A DNA stretch of 64,000 nucleotides from Actinomycetota bacterium (GCA_041192345.1 JBEEND010000001.1:10915-74914), one strand, 5' to 3'; shown: positions 9,879 to 19,346, numbered from the stretch's first letter. Numbers and translations: made by a program. Notes: a model not told the origin generated them from the sequence alone.

Positions 9879-9955
9879 CTAGACACCCGCAATGCTTATT
9901 GGCGGGCAACTAGACACCCGCAATGCTTATTAGCGGGCAACTAGACACCCGCAAT
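9879..9955. repeat. 31-bp tandem repeat (2.5 copies) that duplicates the last 15 nt of ino1
   Basis: Copy 1 is ctagacacccgcaatgcttattggcgggcaa (9879-9909). Copy 2 (9910-9940) has one G>A difference. The partial third copy (9941-9955) is the genuine 3' end and stop codon of ino1. Each unit can fold as CCCGC(N)AAT-AAGC-ATTGCGGG on the minus strand. Confidence 0.9.
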
Positions 9956-11011
9956 AAAATCTTCCACTTCTTGACGACACTTAGTATCGTCATATTGAAC
10001 TGGTGGACTTTTCATAAAGTAACTTGATGCGCTCAAGATTGGTCCACCAAGACCACGATCAAGTGCGATCTTGCAGGCACGAATCGCATCAATGATTACG
10101 CCAGCTGAGTTAGGGGAGTCCCAAACTTCAAGTTTGTATTCCAAACTGAGCGGCACATCGCCAAATGCCCGACCTTCAAGGCGAACAAAAGCCCACTTGC
10201 GATCATCTAGCCAAGCCACATAGTCACTTGGGCCGATGTGAACATTGCGAGGATCGATCTTGTCGCGCAGTTGCGAGGTAACTGATTGGGTCTTGGAAAT
10301 CTTCTTTGACTCCAAGCGATCGCGTTCCAACATGTTCATGAAGTCCATGTTGCCGCCAACGTTCAATTGATAAGTACGATCAACTGTCACACCACGATCT
10401 TCAAATAGTTTGGCAAGTACTCGGTGCGTGATTGTTGCGCCCACTTGACTCTTAATGTCATCACCAACAATTGGAACACCAGCCGCTGTGAATTTGTCAG
10501 CCCATTCCTTGGTGCCAGCTATGAAAACTGGAAGTGCATTGACAAAGCCAACGCCGGCATCAATTGCACACTGAGCATAAAATTTGGCTGCCTCTTCAGA
10601 ACCAACCGGCAAGTAGCAAACAAGCACATCGACTTTTGCATCCTTAAGAGCCTGCACAACATCGACCGGTGCATCATCAGACTCAACAACCATGTCACGG
10701 TAGTACTTACCAAGACCGTCGTAGGTATGGCCACGCAAAACAGTTATGCCGGTTAATGGCACTTCTGAGAATTTGATGGTGTTATTTTCACTTGCAAATA
10801 TTGCAGCAGAAAGATCTTCGCCAACTTTCTTGGCATCGACATCAAATGCAACAACGAATTTTACATCTCGGACGTGGTAGTCCCCAAATTGAACGTGCAT
10901 AAGTCCTGGAACTTGCGCTTTTGGATCGGCGTCTTTGTAGTACTCAACGCCTTGTACCAACGATGAAGCGCAGTTACCCACGCCAACAATCGCTACTCTA
11001 ACTTCACTCAC
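9941..11011 (-). CDS. ino1: inositol-3-phosphate synthase
   Basis: [16 protein letters not shown] Rossmann motif and strong overall resemblance to the mycobacterial Ino1 family. The real start is probably the GTG at 11011-11009, preceded by AGGAGG 6 nt upstream. The ORF-track extension to 11161 overlaps padR. Confidence 0.9.
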   Translation of the reverse strand: MSEVRVAIVGVGNCASSLVQGVEYYKDADPKAQVPGLMHVQFGDYHVRDVKFVVAFDVDAKKVGEDLSAAIFASENNTIKFSEVPLTGITVLRGHTYDGLGKYYRDMVVESDDAPVDVVQALKDAKVDVLVCYLPVGSEEAAKFYAQCAIDAGVGFVNALPVFIAGTKEWADKFTAAGVPIVGDDIKSQVGATITHRVLAKLFEDRGVTVDRTYQLNVGGNMDFMNMLERDRLESKKISKTQSVTSQLRDKIDPRNVHIGPSDYVAWLDDRKWAFVRLEGRAFGDVPLSLEYKLEVWDSPNSAGVIIDAIRACKIALDRGLGGPILSASSYFMKSPPVQYDDTKCRQEVEDFIAGV

Positions 11012-11057
11012 TGTTTGCCTCCTAGTTGTCAGTGAATATTTCTTACGATCTTTCCTC

Positions 11058-11648
11058 TTACTTGTTGTTACCTTGCGCGGAGCCAGATTCGCCACTAGTT
11101 GTAGTGCGACCTGTCTGTTCGCGCGAGATAAGTTCATTGAGCCAACGCACTTCGCGTTCAAGTGCTTCTAAGCCATGTTGTTGAAGTTCCAAAGTGTATG
11201 AATCCAAACGCTCTCGGCCTTTGGATAAATTAGTTTGCAAGTTAGCTAGTCGATCTTCTAATCTGCTGCGCCGACCCTGCAAAATATGAATTCGAGTATT
11301 CACTTCAGTTTGCCCAAATAGCGACATCCGAATTGCAAATGTGTCATCATCCCAAGCGCCAGGTCCACTGTCAGCAACTAGTGAGTTGAAGTACGCAACT
11401 CCGCTGGGAGTGAGGGCGTAGGTAATTCGAGTCCGTTTTGGGTATTTGCCGGTGCCAATTTCATCTTGTTCAATCAGAAAGTCACGGGCTACTAGATTTT
11501 TCAATGTTGGGTAAAGCGCGCCATAGGAAATAGTGCTAAAAAGTCCCAGAACTGAAATCAAACGCCTACGAAGTTCATATCCATGTTGTGGTGTCTGCGC
11601 TAAAACCCCAAGGATTGCCAGCTCTAGCGCAGCAGATCTTTTGGCCAT
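11058..11648 (-). CDS. PadR family transcriptional regulator
   Basis: Winged-helix N-terminus [21 protein letters not shown]...[13 protein letters not shown] and a C-terminal coiled-coil region. Sits upstream of ino1 like Rv0047c-Rv0046c. The ATG at 11648 (MAKRSAALE) is the likely start. Confidence 0.85.
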   Translation of the reverse strand: MAKRSAALELAILGVLAQTPQHGYELRRRLISVLGLFSTISYGALYPTLKNLVARDFLIEQDEIGTGKYPKRTRITYALTPSGVAYFNSLVADSGPGAWDDDTFAIRMSLFGQTEVNTRIHILQGRRSRLEDRLANLQTNLSKGRERLDSYTLELQQHGLEALEREVRWLNELISREQTGRTTTSGESGSAQGNNK

Positions 11649-11677
11649 GGCTGAAAACCCCAAATAATAGAAAATTT

Positions 11678-11698
11678 GATGTATCAAATTGATACATC
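11678..11698. promoter_or_regulatory. perfect 10-1-10 palindrome, candidate PadR operator
   Basis: GATGTATCAA-A-TTGATACATC lies 30 nt upstream of the padR ATG. It contains ATGT...ACAT half-sites of the kind used by PadR-family proteins. Confidence 0.5.
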
Positions 11699-11795
11699 TT
11701 TAGGATACAGTTCAATCGGAAAATCGCAATACTCAGGGGTAACATTTGGAATTTGCCGTTATTCCCCGCGCTTTAAATGGGTTTAAGGTGGTCAG

Positions 11796-12305
11796 ATGAG
11801 CCGACCAGGATCCCACCAAAGTATTTCGGGAATTCGCGCTAGTTCAGCAAGCGCTAAGGCGCCAAACCCAGTTGCCCATCCTGCGGAAGATATCGCAGAC
11901 CCAGTTAGACCTCGTCAGATTTTGGATTATGTGCTGGCTCGTCGCGCGGTTTTGGAGCAGATCAAACACGATGCACTCTTGCGCGAGCAGGTATGTGACG
12001 CAGATCCATATCTAATTAGGGCTGCTAAAAATCACGGCGAAACCACCGAGCGGACCTGCCCAATGTGCGCAAAGAGTGAACTAGTGCATGTTAATTACAC
12101 TTTTGGTGATGACCTAGGTTATCTATCGGGCCGAGTTAAATCTTCGACCGAGTTAAAATCAATGGCTAATGAGTACGGTCATTTCCGAGTTTATGTAGTC
12201 GAAGCTTGCACCTCATGTGGCTGGAATCACTTACACATGTCGTATGTATTAGGTGATGGCTCGCCCCGTACTCCACCGCGCGAGCCCAGGGATGTGCTGA
12301 AATAG
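11796..12305 (+). CDS. conserved actinobacterial Zn-ribbon protein (DUF5318 / Rv0049-like)
   Basis: 169 aa with two Cys pairs (CPMC ... CTSC). RBS AAGGTGG. Lies immediately upstream of the class A PBP, as in mycobacteria. Confidence 0.6.
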   Translation: MSRPGSHQSISGIRASSASAKAPNPVAHPAEDIADPVRPRQILDYVLARRAVLEQIKHDALLREQVCDADPYLIRAAKNHGETTERTCPMCAKSELVHVNYTFGDDLGYLSGRVKSSTELKSMANEYGHFRVYVVEACTSCGWNHLHMSYVLGDGSPRTPPREPRDVLK

Positions 12306-12309
12306 ATGA

Positions 12310-14475
12310 GTGGCAAATAAATCACGCAAACCGAAGCGAAAACTTCGACGAATCTTTCCGTCGTTTCGGCAGTTGTTTATAGTTGCGCTAGTTGGATTTG
12401 GGCTAGCTGTACTGGCACTTTCGGTTTCGGTGCGCGTAGCAGCTGTGCCAGCGCCAAGTGAGATTTCTGTTGCACAAACTTCGATTCTTTATTACGACGA
12501 TGGCGTAACTGAACTTGGTCGACTTGGCGAAGCTAATCGGGTATCGGTCAACCTGGATCAGATTCCGTTACTTAGCCAGCAAGCAATATTGGCGGCCGAA
12601 GATCGGGATTTCTATAATCATGGTGGATTTTCTATTCGCGGAATATCCCGCGCAATCTTTACAAATTTAATTGGCGCTTCTGGCGCTGGTGGTGGCTCGA
12701 CCATCACGCAACAATATGCAAAGAATGCATATCTAACGCAAGAGCGAACGCTATCAAGAAAATATAAAGAACTTGTACTTTCAATAAAGCTCGAAACGAT
12801 TGTAGCTAAAGACCAAATTCTAAATGATTACTTAAACACCATTTATTTCGGTCGCGGTTCTTATGGAATTGCAACAGCTGCTAACCAATACTTCGATAAA
12901 AATGTTGTTGAGTTAAATCTTTCGGAATCCGCATTACTGGCAGCCATAATTCAGGCGCCAAATGCGCTAGCTCCAGAAGACAATATAGAGCGCTTAACAA
13001 ATCGCTGGAATTATGTTTTGGATGGCATGGCAACGCAAGGCTGGATTACTGCCGAAGAAAGAAGCAATGTTCAGTTCCCAACGATCATCCCGAGGAAAGC
13101 CGCTAATACCTTTGGTGGTCCGCAAGGTTATCTGATCGAACAAGTACGACAAACTATGTTCGAAATTGGAATTACTGAAGATCAAATAAATTTAGCAGGG
13201 TTGCGAGTCATAACAACTTTTAACAAAGTTGCGCAAGATGCATTATTTGCTGCGGTCTTGGAAGAAGGACCAACTGAGAATATTGAAGGACTGCGAATTG
13301 GAGTCGCCTCGGTACGACCTGAAACTGGTGAAGTCGTTGCAATTTATGGCGGCGCAGATTATTTAGTAAATCAATTCAATAACGCTACCCAGATGATTGG
13401 ACAGGCTGGCTCAACTTTTAAACCATTCACTTTGGCAGCCGCGCTTGAAAACAATGTAACGCTGGCTACAACATTTAGTGGCTTAAATAAAACCATGGTA
13501 GATAACTATGAAGTAGTGAACTATGGTGACAAATCTTATGGTGATCAAATTACACTACTCAATGCCACAGAGAATTCAGTTAACTCGGCTTACGTCGAGT
13601 TAGCAAATTTAGTTGGACGAGAAGTTGTATTCGAAGCTGCAAAGCGCGCCGGCATTCCAGCCGACACTGTTGGTATGGAACCAAATCTGGCCTTCACTCT
13701 TGGTACGACTAGTCCAAATGTTGTTGATATCGCAGCTGCGTATGCCACATTTGCATCGCGCGGCTTGCAAGTCTCACCTTCATATCTAGTTTCAGTTACC
13801 GCAAGTAGTGGTGAAGTGATTTTCAAACTTTCACCTAAGCCAGTTCAGGCGTTTAGTACTGACATCGCCGACACCGTGAACTACGCATTGCAAAGTGTCG
13901 TTACATCCGGAACCGGTAAAGCAGCTAAAGCTCTTGGCCGCCCAGTTGCTGGAAAAACTGGAACGACAAATGAAAATAAATCAGCGCTATTTGCGGGATA
14001 CACCCCAGAGTTAGCAACGGCTGTGATGTTTGTAAAAGATGGACCTGATGGTCAGCCAATGAGTCTTGCTGGAACGGGTGGTCTAACTAAAGTAACTGGT
14101 GGCTCGTACCCAGCCCGAATATTTACTGCCTATATGAAGGGTGCACTTGCTGACAAACCAGTGACGAAGTTTGCACCCTTGCCAACAGGTGTGCAAAATG
14201 GCGCAAGCCCAACGAGCATTCCCTCTGTTCTCCCAACAGACTTGCCAGTTGTTGAAGTGCCGGTAGTAACCACAGTTGCAGTCCCAGATCTGACGGGGAA
14301 ATCTATCTCCCAAGCACTCATCCTGTTATCTGGCGCCAGTTTAATGGGCAATTTTGTAATGAGTGACGGCACAGCTCTGCCAGCAAATACCGCAACGTTA
14401 ATAGTTGTAAGTCAAAGTCTGGTCGCCAATTCTGCTGTTCCTGCTGGCACCACAGTAATAATTTCAGTTAAGTAA
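12310..14475 (+). CDS. ponA: class A penicillin-binding protein (glycosyltransferase + transpeptidase) with a C-terminal PASTA domain
   Basis: 721 aa. N-terminal TM helix. GT51 motifs AAEDRDFYNHGG and GGSTITQQ. Transpeptidase motifs STFK and KTGTT. The last ~68 aa (VPDLTGKSISQAL...VPAGTTVIISVK) look like a PASTA domain. Confidence 0.9.
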   Translation: MANKSRKPKRKLRRIFPSFRQLFIVALVGFGLAVLALSVSVRVAAVPAPSEISVAQTSILYYDDGVTELGRLGEANRVSVNLDQIPLLSQQAILAAEDRDFYNHGGFSIRGISRAIFTNLIGASGAGGGSTITQQYAKNAYLTQERTLSRKYKELVLSIKLETIVAKDQILNDYLNTIYFGRGSYGIATAANQYFDKNVVELNLSESALLAAIIQAPNALAPEDNIERLTNRWNYVLDGMATQGWITAEERSNVQFPTIIPRKAANTFGGPQGYLIEQVRQTMFEIGITEDQINLAGLRVITTFNKVAQDALFAAVLEEGPTENIEGLRIGVASVRPETGEVVAIYGGADYLVNQFNNATQMIGQAGSTFKPFTLAAALENNVTLATTFSGLNKTMVDNYEVVNYGDKSYGDQITLLNATENSVNSAYVELANLVGREVVFEAAKRAGIPADTVGMEPNLAFTLGTTSPNVVDIAAAYATFASRGLQVSPSYLVSVTASSGEVIFKLSPKPVQAFSTDIADTVNYALQSVVTSGTGKAAKALGRPVAGKTGTTNENKSALFAGYTPELATAVMFVKDGPDGQPMSLAGTGGLTKVTGGSYPARIFTAYMKGALADKPVTKFAPLPTGVQNGASPTSIPSVLPTDLPVVEVPVVTTVAVPDLTGKSISQALILLSGASLMGNFVMSDGTALPANTATLIVVSQSLVANSAVPAGTTVIISVK

Positions 14476-14492
14476 ATACTTTCAGGCTCTAA

Positions 14493-15641
14493 TTAATCAA
14501 GACCAAGCACTTGATCAAAAACTGTAGTTGTATTTCGGACATTACAAACTAATTTGTCACCGACTTTGTCAGATGAATCGTTGGCCCACAGCAGTGAAAC
14601 ATGCATGTGAGGGGGTTCAGCGAATATCAAGTTTCGCCCGCGAACACTAAACGGTGAACGCACTTTTCCAAATGCTTGGGTAAAACCCTCTGCAACTGCA
14701 ATACCTCGTTTTCGAAAACTTGATCGAGGTGTTGGCGCAGCAAGTGCGACACCATGCGAAGTTCCGCCACTTACAACAATTAGCCGACCATGTCCGTTAG
14801 TTGCAACTTGCTGATACCCAACTTGGGAGGTGTTATCGAGGTCATGGATTTCCAAAATAGTGCCGCTGACTAATAGCGCTGCTGGCGCGCCGAGCCACAA
14901 TGAAGTACCAACGCGTAGGTCAAAATTCATTGTGAAGTTATAGCGGACACACATTTCTTTTAAGGATTCAATATCTTGCGTGGCAACATGCGACAAGCTG
15001 AAGTGCATGGGAAAGTTTTGGGCAGTGGCGACTTCTTGGTATTTACTGAGCCAGCTCCAAATTTCCAATACTTTTCCAGACAACTTATTGCTATCGACTG
15101 CACTAGAAACTTCAGCAGTAGCACCAGTTATTTTTTTAGAATCGGCAATTGGTAAATGCAGCGTCATACCAACAACCGTAAGAGTTCCTAATTGGCTTTT
15201 AGCAATACTGGAGAACTCTGATTTGGTTATTCCAAATCGATTAAGTGAAGTCAGACCCTCCAGATAAATAAGGGAAGCCCCGGCTGTTTGCGCTGCTGCA
15301 AAATCCAAATTACTCAAAGTAAGAATTACTCGAGCAGAATTGTTTTTTAGTATTGCACTCCACTGTGCAACAGCTGATGTGTCAGCAGAATTAAAAGGCT
15401 CAAGGACAACGATCTCACCCGAGAATTTCGCAAGTGCTTCAGATAATTCCCAAACGGTTCCGATGGCAATTCGATTTAGTCCTAAGTTACTTGCTTCTTT
15501 AGCTAAAACTTCACGAGTAAATCCGTATCCGTTACCTTTTACTACAGGTACAAGTTGGACGCCGGTTGTTTGAAACTTAGCCGCCATCGCACTCAGGTGC
15601 TGGCGAAATTTGATCGCATCTACGGTTAGCGAAAAAGTCAT
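14493..15641 (-). CDS. alanine-racemase-fold PLP enzyme (atypical)
   Basis: 382 aa. PLP-lysine motif PVVKGNGYG and an Alr-like RVGTSLWLG. The region aligning by eye to the PIGYADG Tyr motif reads VSGGTSHG. Confidence 0.6.
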   Translation of the reverse strand: MTFSLTVDAIKFRQHLSAMAAKFQTTGVQLVPVVKGNGYGFTREVLAKEASNLGLNRIAIGTVWELSEALAKFSGEIVVLEPFNSADTSAVAQWSAILKNNSARVILTLSNLDFAAAQTAGASLIYLEGLTSLNRFGITKSEFSSIAKSQLGTLTVVGMTLHLPIADSKKITGATAEVSSAVDSNKLSGKVLEIWSWLSKYQEVATAQNFPMHFSLSHVATQDIESLKEMCVRYNFTMNFDLRVGTSLWLGAPAALLVSGTILEIHDLDNTSQVGYQQVATNGHGRLIVVSGGTSHGVALAAPTPRSSFRKRGIAVAEGFTQAFGKVRSPFSVRGRNLIFAEPPHMHVSLLWANDSSDKVGDKLVCNVRNTTTVFDQVLGLD

Positions 15642-15644
15642 AAG

Positions 15645-16766
15645 TTAACTCCGTCTCGACATGTAGAAATCGAAAGCCTTGGCCCAAGCTGGCGAAAGAA
15701 TATAATCCCATTCACCTACATATTCTTGCGCGTACCCGCCCGTTCCGAGCTTGAATTGGATTAAACCGAATAGGTGATTGTCGGGATCTAAGGTGTCTGA
15801 TATTCCGCGCATGTCATAAACAGCGGCGCCATCGCGTAACGCCACTTTGATCATTTCCCACTGGACCGCGTTACTTGGCCGCAATTCTCGAGCAGCAGTA
15901 GCCGATGCACCGTAGGAGTACCAAACATGATTACCAACGCGGGTCATAGTTGTAGCGGCTAGAGCGCCAACGTGATCTGAATGGCTAGCAATGAACAACG
16001 CGATCCGCTCAATGGATTCCTCCCGCATGGCAGTCCACATAGTTTGAAAATAAGTAAGTGATCGCGGCGTGAAGTTATCACGCTTAGCAGTTTCGAGATA
16101 GCAAGCATGAAAGGTAACCAGATCAGTGATCGTTCCTTGCTTTACAGTCACACCTTCTTTTTCAGCTCTTCGAATGTTTCGGCGCCACTGTTGATTGAAG
16201 CCCTCAAAAATTTGTTCCTCAGTTTTGCCAGTTAGCGCAATTTGAAAAACGTAGCGAGGTTGGAAGTCGCCAAATCCTGATGCCTCAGCTTTTTGCTGTC
16301 GCCAACCCAAGGCAGGTAGTTGTTTTAACAAATTGAGCCCACTTGAATTAACTTCATCGGGAGTAACTTCACCAATAGTTTTTACTGTGCCTTGTGCGAT
16401 CACATCTTTAAGTGTTTGGGAATGCCAGCGCCGTACCCAAGTGTGTGGACCCATTTTCAATTGAAATACGCCACGCGCTTTAGCAAAAGTTACCAAGGCA
16501 CTCAGTGCCATCTCAGTATCTTTTGGACTGTCCCAATTAAGATCGGGGCCTTCAGGCAGATACGCCAAATACTTTTCAACTTTTGGAACTTTACGTAACA
16601 GAATTAAGGCAGCTCCGATAAGTTCATCGCCTACAAACCAACCCAGAGATTGCGAAGTCCAGCCAGTTTTAGTTTTACCCCAAGCAGGTGTCTGCAGAAA
16701 TGACACTGAGGATCGCCCAGCAATGTATGCAAGATGTCTTTCAGATGTTATTTGGCGAACCTGCAC
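15645..16766 (-). CDS. FemAB-family peptidoglycan bridge-forming aminoacyltransferase (FemX-like)
   Basis: 373 aa. FLQTPAWGKTK, QPRY, WRRNIRRAEKEGV and YSYGAS...QWEMIK match the FemX / lipid II:glycine glycyltransferase family pattern. Confidence 0.8.
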   Translation of the reverse strand: MQVRQITSERHLAYIAGRSSVSFLQTPAWGKTKTGWTSQSLGWFVGDELIGAALILLRKVPKVEKYLAYLPEGPDLNWDSPKDTEMALSALVTFAKARGVFQLKMGPHTWVRRWHSQTLKDVIAQGTVKTIGEVTPDEVNSSGLNLLKQLPALGWRQQKAEASGFGDFQPRYVFQIALTGKTEEQIFEGFNQQWRRNIRRAEKEGVTVKQGTITDLVTFHACYLETAKRDNFTPRSLTYFQTMWTAMREESIERIALFIASHSDHVGALAATTMTRVGNHVWYSYGASATAARELRPSNAVQWEMIKVALRDGAAVYDMRGISDTLDPDNHLFGLIQFKLGTGGYAQEYVGEWDYILSPAWAKAFDFYMSRRS

Positions 16767-16812
16767 GTACTGAATCTACCTTTGCTGTTGGGGATCTTTG
16801 GGGATTTAGTTT

Positions 16813-17592
16813 TTACAGAGCCTGGCGCAACACAGCTAAATCAGCCGCAACACCGTCAAATGGTGTCTCAAGAACAATTGGCGCATTAGCAGTTTTCAAG
16901 CAGTGAAATATTTCTTCCATGCCAACTAAACCTTGACCAAGATTTGCGTGGCGATCAGCGCCCGAATCAAAAGTGTCGCGGCTGTCGTTGCAATGCACTA
17001 AGTCAATACGTCCAGTGATCGCAAGAATTGTTTCAGCAACGCTTCCCATATCTATCCCACCCGCATGCGCATGACAGGTATCTAGACAAAAACCAACGCC
17101 AGTATCGCCAACTGCTCCCCAAAGAGACTTGATAGATTCCAGGCGCCGGGCCATTGAGTGTTTTCCACCAGCAGTGTTTTCGATGTAAACCGGCACTTTC
17201 ATATCGAGTTGATCCAGCGCCTTAACCCAATTAGCAACGCCAACTTCCGGATCGTCGCCTTCAGTGACATGGCCCCCATGCACTATGACCGCTTTCGCGC
17301 CAACTGCCGCCGCTGCATCGACATCAGTCTGTAATAGTTTTCGACTAGGAATTCTCACCTTGTTATTAGTGGTAGCCACATTGATGATGTAACGAGCATG
17401 GACATAAATGTTGATATTTGCTTTTTCGGCACTTGCCTTTAGCCCCTGGGCGCCATCTGGATGTGGGAAAACTGAGCCCTTCCACCCTTGTGGGTCGGCT
17501 AAGAAAATCTGAATGTGATCAAGTCCAAGAGCGCTGGCCCCAGCTATTGGATCATCGCCGCCAACATGTGCCCCGATTGCTAGATTTCCCAT
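16813..17592 (-). CDS. nfo: deoxyribonuclease IV (endonuclease IV)
   Basis: 259 aa TIM barrel. Metal-ligand motifs YVHARYIINVA, VIVHGGH, CLDTCHAHAGG. Confidence 0.85.
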   Translation of the reverse strand: MGNLAIGAHVGGDDPIAGASALGLDHIQIFLADPQGWKGSVFPHPDGAQGLKASAEKANINIYVHARYIINVATTNNKVRIPSRKLLQTDVDAAAAVGAKAVIVHGGHVTEGDDPEVGVANWVKALDQLDMKVPVYIENTAGGKHSMARRLESIKSLWGAVGDTGVGFCLDTCHAHAGGIDMGSVAETILAITGRIDLVHCNDSRDTFDSGADRHANLGQGLVGMEEIFHCLKTANAPIVLETPFDGVAADLAVLRQAL

Positions 17593-17701
17593 GATTTAAG
17601 GGTACTTGCCCGGCTAAATCAAGTAGCCCAGGGTTATCTGCCTTTGCTGTGGACAAGGTATTTTCAACTGGAAAAAGTACCCTAGAATAAAGGTTCTTGA
17701 T

Positions 17702-17745
17702 CCCTCCTGCCACGGAAAGACCGTGGCCGATTAGTCCACAGGAGG
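17702..17745 (+). promoter_or_regulatory. rpsF 5' leader hairpin that sequesters the Shine-Dalgarno sequence (candidate S6:S18 autoregulatory leader)
   Basis: CCTCCT (17703-17708) pairs with AGGAGG (17740-17745, the SD 11 nt before the ATG). It encloses the hairpin GCCACGG-AAAGA-CCGTGGC (17709-17727) and an internal loop. A TAGAAT -10-like box sits at 17683-17688. Confidence 0.45.
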
Positions 17746-17756
17746 TGGGTATCAGA

Positions 17757-18047
17757 ATGCGTCACTACGAAGTAGTAGTAATCCTAGATCCCGAGCTCGA
17801 AGAGCGAACGGTAGCGCCCTCACTTGATGCGTTTTTAAACGTAATTAAGACCGAAGGCGGAACAGTTGGCAAAGTCGATATCTGGGGTCGTCGCCGTATG
17901 GCATACGAAATCAACAAAAAGGGCGAAGGTATTTACGCCCTACTTGACGTCAATTGCTCACCTGCAGCAGTTGCCGAACTAGATCGTCAATTGGGACTCA
18001 ATGAATCAGTGCTTCGCACTAAAGTCATGCGTCTCGATGTGAAATAG
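17757..18047 (+). CDS. rpsF: 30S ribosomal protein S6
   Basis: [12 protein letters not shown]... start with AGGAGG RBS. The ORF-track start at 17697 is an upstream extension. Confidence 0.95.
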   Translation: MRHYEVVVILDPELEERTVAPSLDAFLNVIKTEGGTVGKVDIWGRRRMAYEINKKGEGIYALLDVNCSPAAVAELDRQLGLNESVLRTKVMRLDVK

Positions 18048-18056
18048 AGGTAAGAC

Positions 18057-18524
18057 ATGGCACAAGGCGATGTAACGGTAACTGTAATTGGAAACCTAAC
18101 AAGTGACCCTGAGTTACGTTTCACCCCTAATGGCTTGGCTGTTGCCTCATTTACTGTTGCTTCAACAACACGAATACTTGATCGCACATCTAATGAATGG
18201 AAAGACGGCGATACGCTGTTTCTTCGTTGCAGCGTCTGGCGTCAGTATGCCGAAAATGTTGCGGAATCTCTCACAAAGGGAACCCGTGTTCTTGTTACTG
18301 GTCGCTTAAAGCAGCGTTCATATGAAACCAAAGAGGGCGAAAAGCGCACTGTGGTTGAAATGGAAGTTGACGATGTCGGTCCAGCACTAAAAAACGCCAC
18401 AGCAAAAGTTAGTCGCGTTACCAAGGGCGATAGTGGTTACAGCGGTGGCGGCAACGCAACGGCAGCGCCATCCGATGATCCATGGGCAGCATCAGCGCCC
18501 ATTGGTGACGAACCACCGTTTTAA
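18057..18524 (+). CDS. ssb: single-stranded DNA-binding protein
   Basis: 155 aa. OB fold ([14 protein letters not shown]), Gly-rich linker, acidic tip DEPPF. Confidence 0.95.
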   Translation: MAQGDVTVTVIGNLTSDPELRFTPNGLAVASFTVASTTRILDRTSNEWKDGDTLFLRCSVWRQYAENVAESLTKGTRVLVTGRLKQRSYETKEGEKRTVVEMEVDDVGPALKNATAKVSRVTKGDSGYSGGGNATAAPSDDPWAASAPIGDEPPF

Positions 18525-18602
18525 TTATTAACTCATCCATCCACCTCAACATTTGTTGAACTACCATTCCGGATTGAACCGGGCTTCCTAAGGAGCACCA
18601 CA

Positions 18603-18839
18603 ATGGCTAAGCCACCAATTAAGAAATTTAAGCCGAAGGTCTGCGCGTTTTGTCGCAAAGACGCATCCGCAATTGATTACAAAGACATCCCAACCCTGCG
18701 CAAGTTTATTTCTGATCGCGGCAAGATTCGGGCTCGTCGTATTACAGGTAACTGCACCCAGCACCAACGCGATATCGCAAACGCCGTAAAAAACGCGCGC
18801 GAAATTGCGTTGCTTCCATACACCTCGACAGCGCGATAA
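18603..18839 (+). CDS. rpsR: 30S ribosomal protein S18
   Basis: 78 aa. CAFC...IDYKD...[18 protein letters not shown]. Confidence 0.95.
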   Translation: MAKPPIKKFKPKVCAFCRKDASAIDYKDIPTLRKFISDRGKIRARRITGNCTQHQRDIANAVKNAREIALLPYTSTAR

Positions 18840-18852
18840 GGAGAGCTGACTT

Positions 18853-19296
18853 ATGAAATTAATTTTGACTCAGGAAGTCTCTGGACTTGGCGGACCTGGT
18901 GACGTTGTTGACGTAAAGTCCGGCTTCGGTCGTAACTTTTTAGTTCCGCAGGGTTTGGCAACACAATGGACTCGGGGCGGCGAAAAACAAGTCACGCAGA
19001 TTAAGCGCGCGCGTAATAAGCGCTCAGTTCGAGACCTAGATCATGCATTAGAAATCAAGGCCGCTTTAGAAGCAGCTCCAATTGTGATTTCAGCGCGTGC
19101 TGGCAGTGAAGGCCGACTATTTGGATCCATTACTGTTGGCGACATCGCATCTTCGATTCGCGTTGTTGATGTAGACAAGCGAAAGATAATTCTGGCTGCT
19201 CCAATTAAGATCGCTGGGCGCCATGAAGTATCGGTTCGTTTGCACACAGACGTGCTAGCAACAGTGGTACTTGATGTTCGAGGCAGTAAAAAGTAA
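18853..19296 (+). CDS. rplI: 50S ribosomal protein L9
   Basis: 147 aa. [32 protein letters not shown]. Confidence 0.95.
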   Translation: MKLILTQEVSGLGGPGDVVDVKSGFGRNFLVPQGLATQWTRGGEKQVTQIKRARNKRSVRDLDHALEIKAALEAAPIVISARAGSEGRLFGSITVGDIASSIRVVDVDKRKIILAAPIKIAGRHEVSVRLHTDVLATVVLDVRGSKK

Positions 19297-19308
19297 TACT
19301 CATTATGC

Positions 19309-19346
19309 AAAAGTGCCCACGATTTTTCGTGGGCACTTTTGTTTTT
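19309..19346 (+). terminator. rho-independent terminator of the rpsF-rplI operon
   Basis: AAAAGTGCCCACG-ATTTTT-CGTGGGCACTTTT followed by GTTTTT. Confidence 0.8.

Noticed and set aside
11012-11161. N-terminal extension of ino1 to 11161 ([17 protein letters not shown]...).
   Set aside because: The extension overlaps the 3' end of padR, is basic and low-complexity, and lies upstream of a near-perfect AGGAGG-N6-GTG start. That start yields the canonical VAIVGVGN N-terminus.
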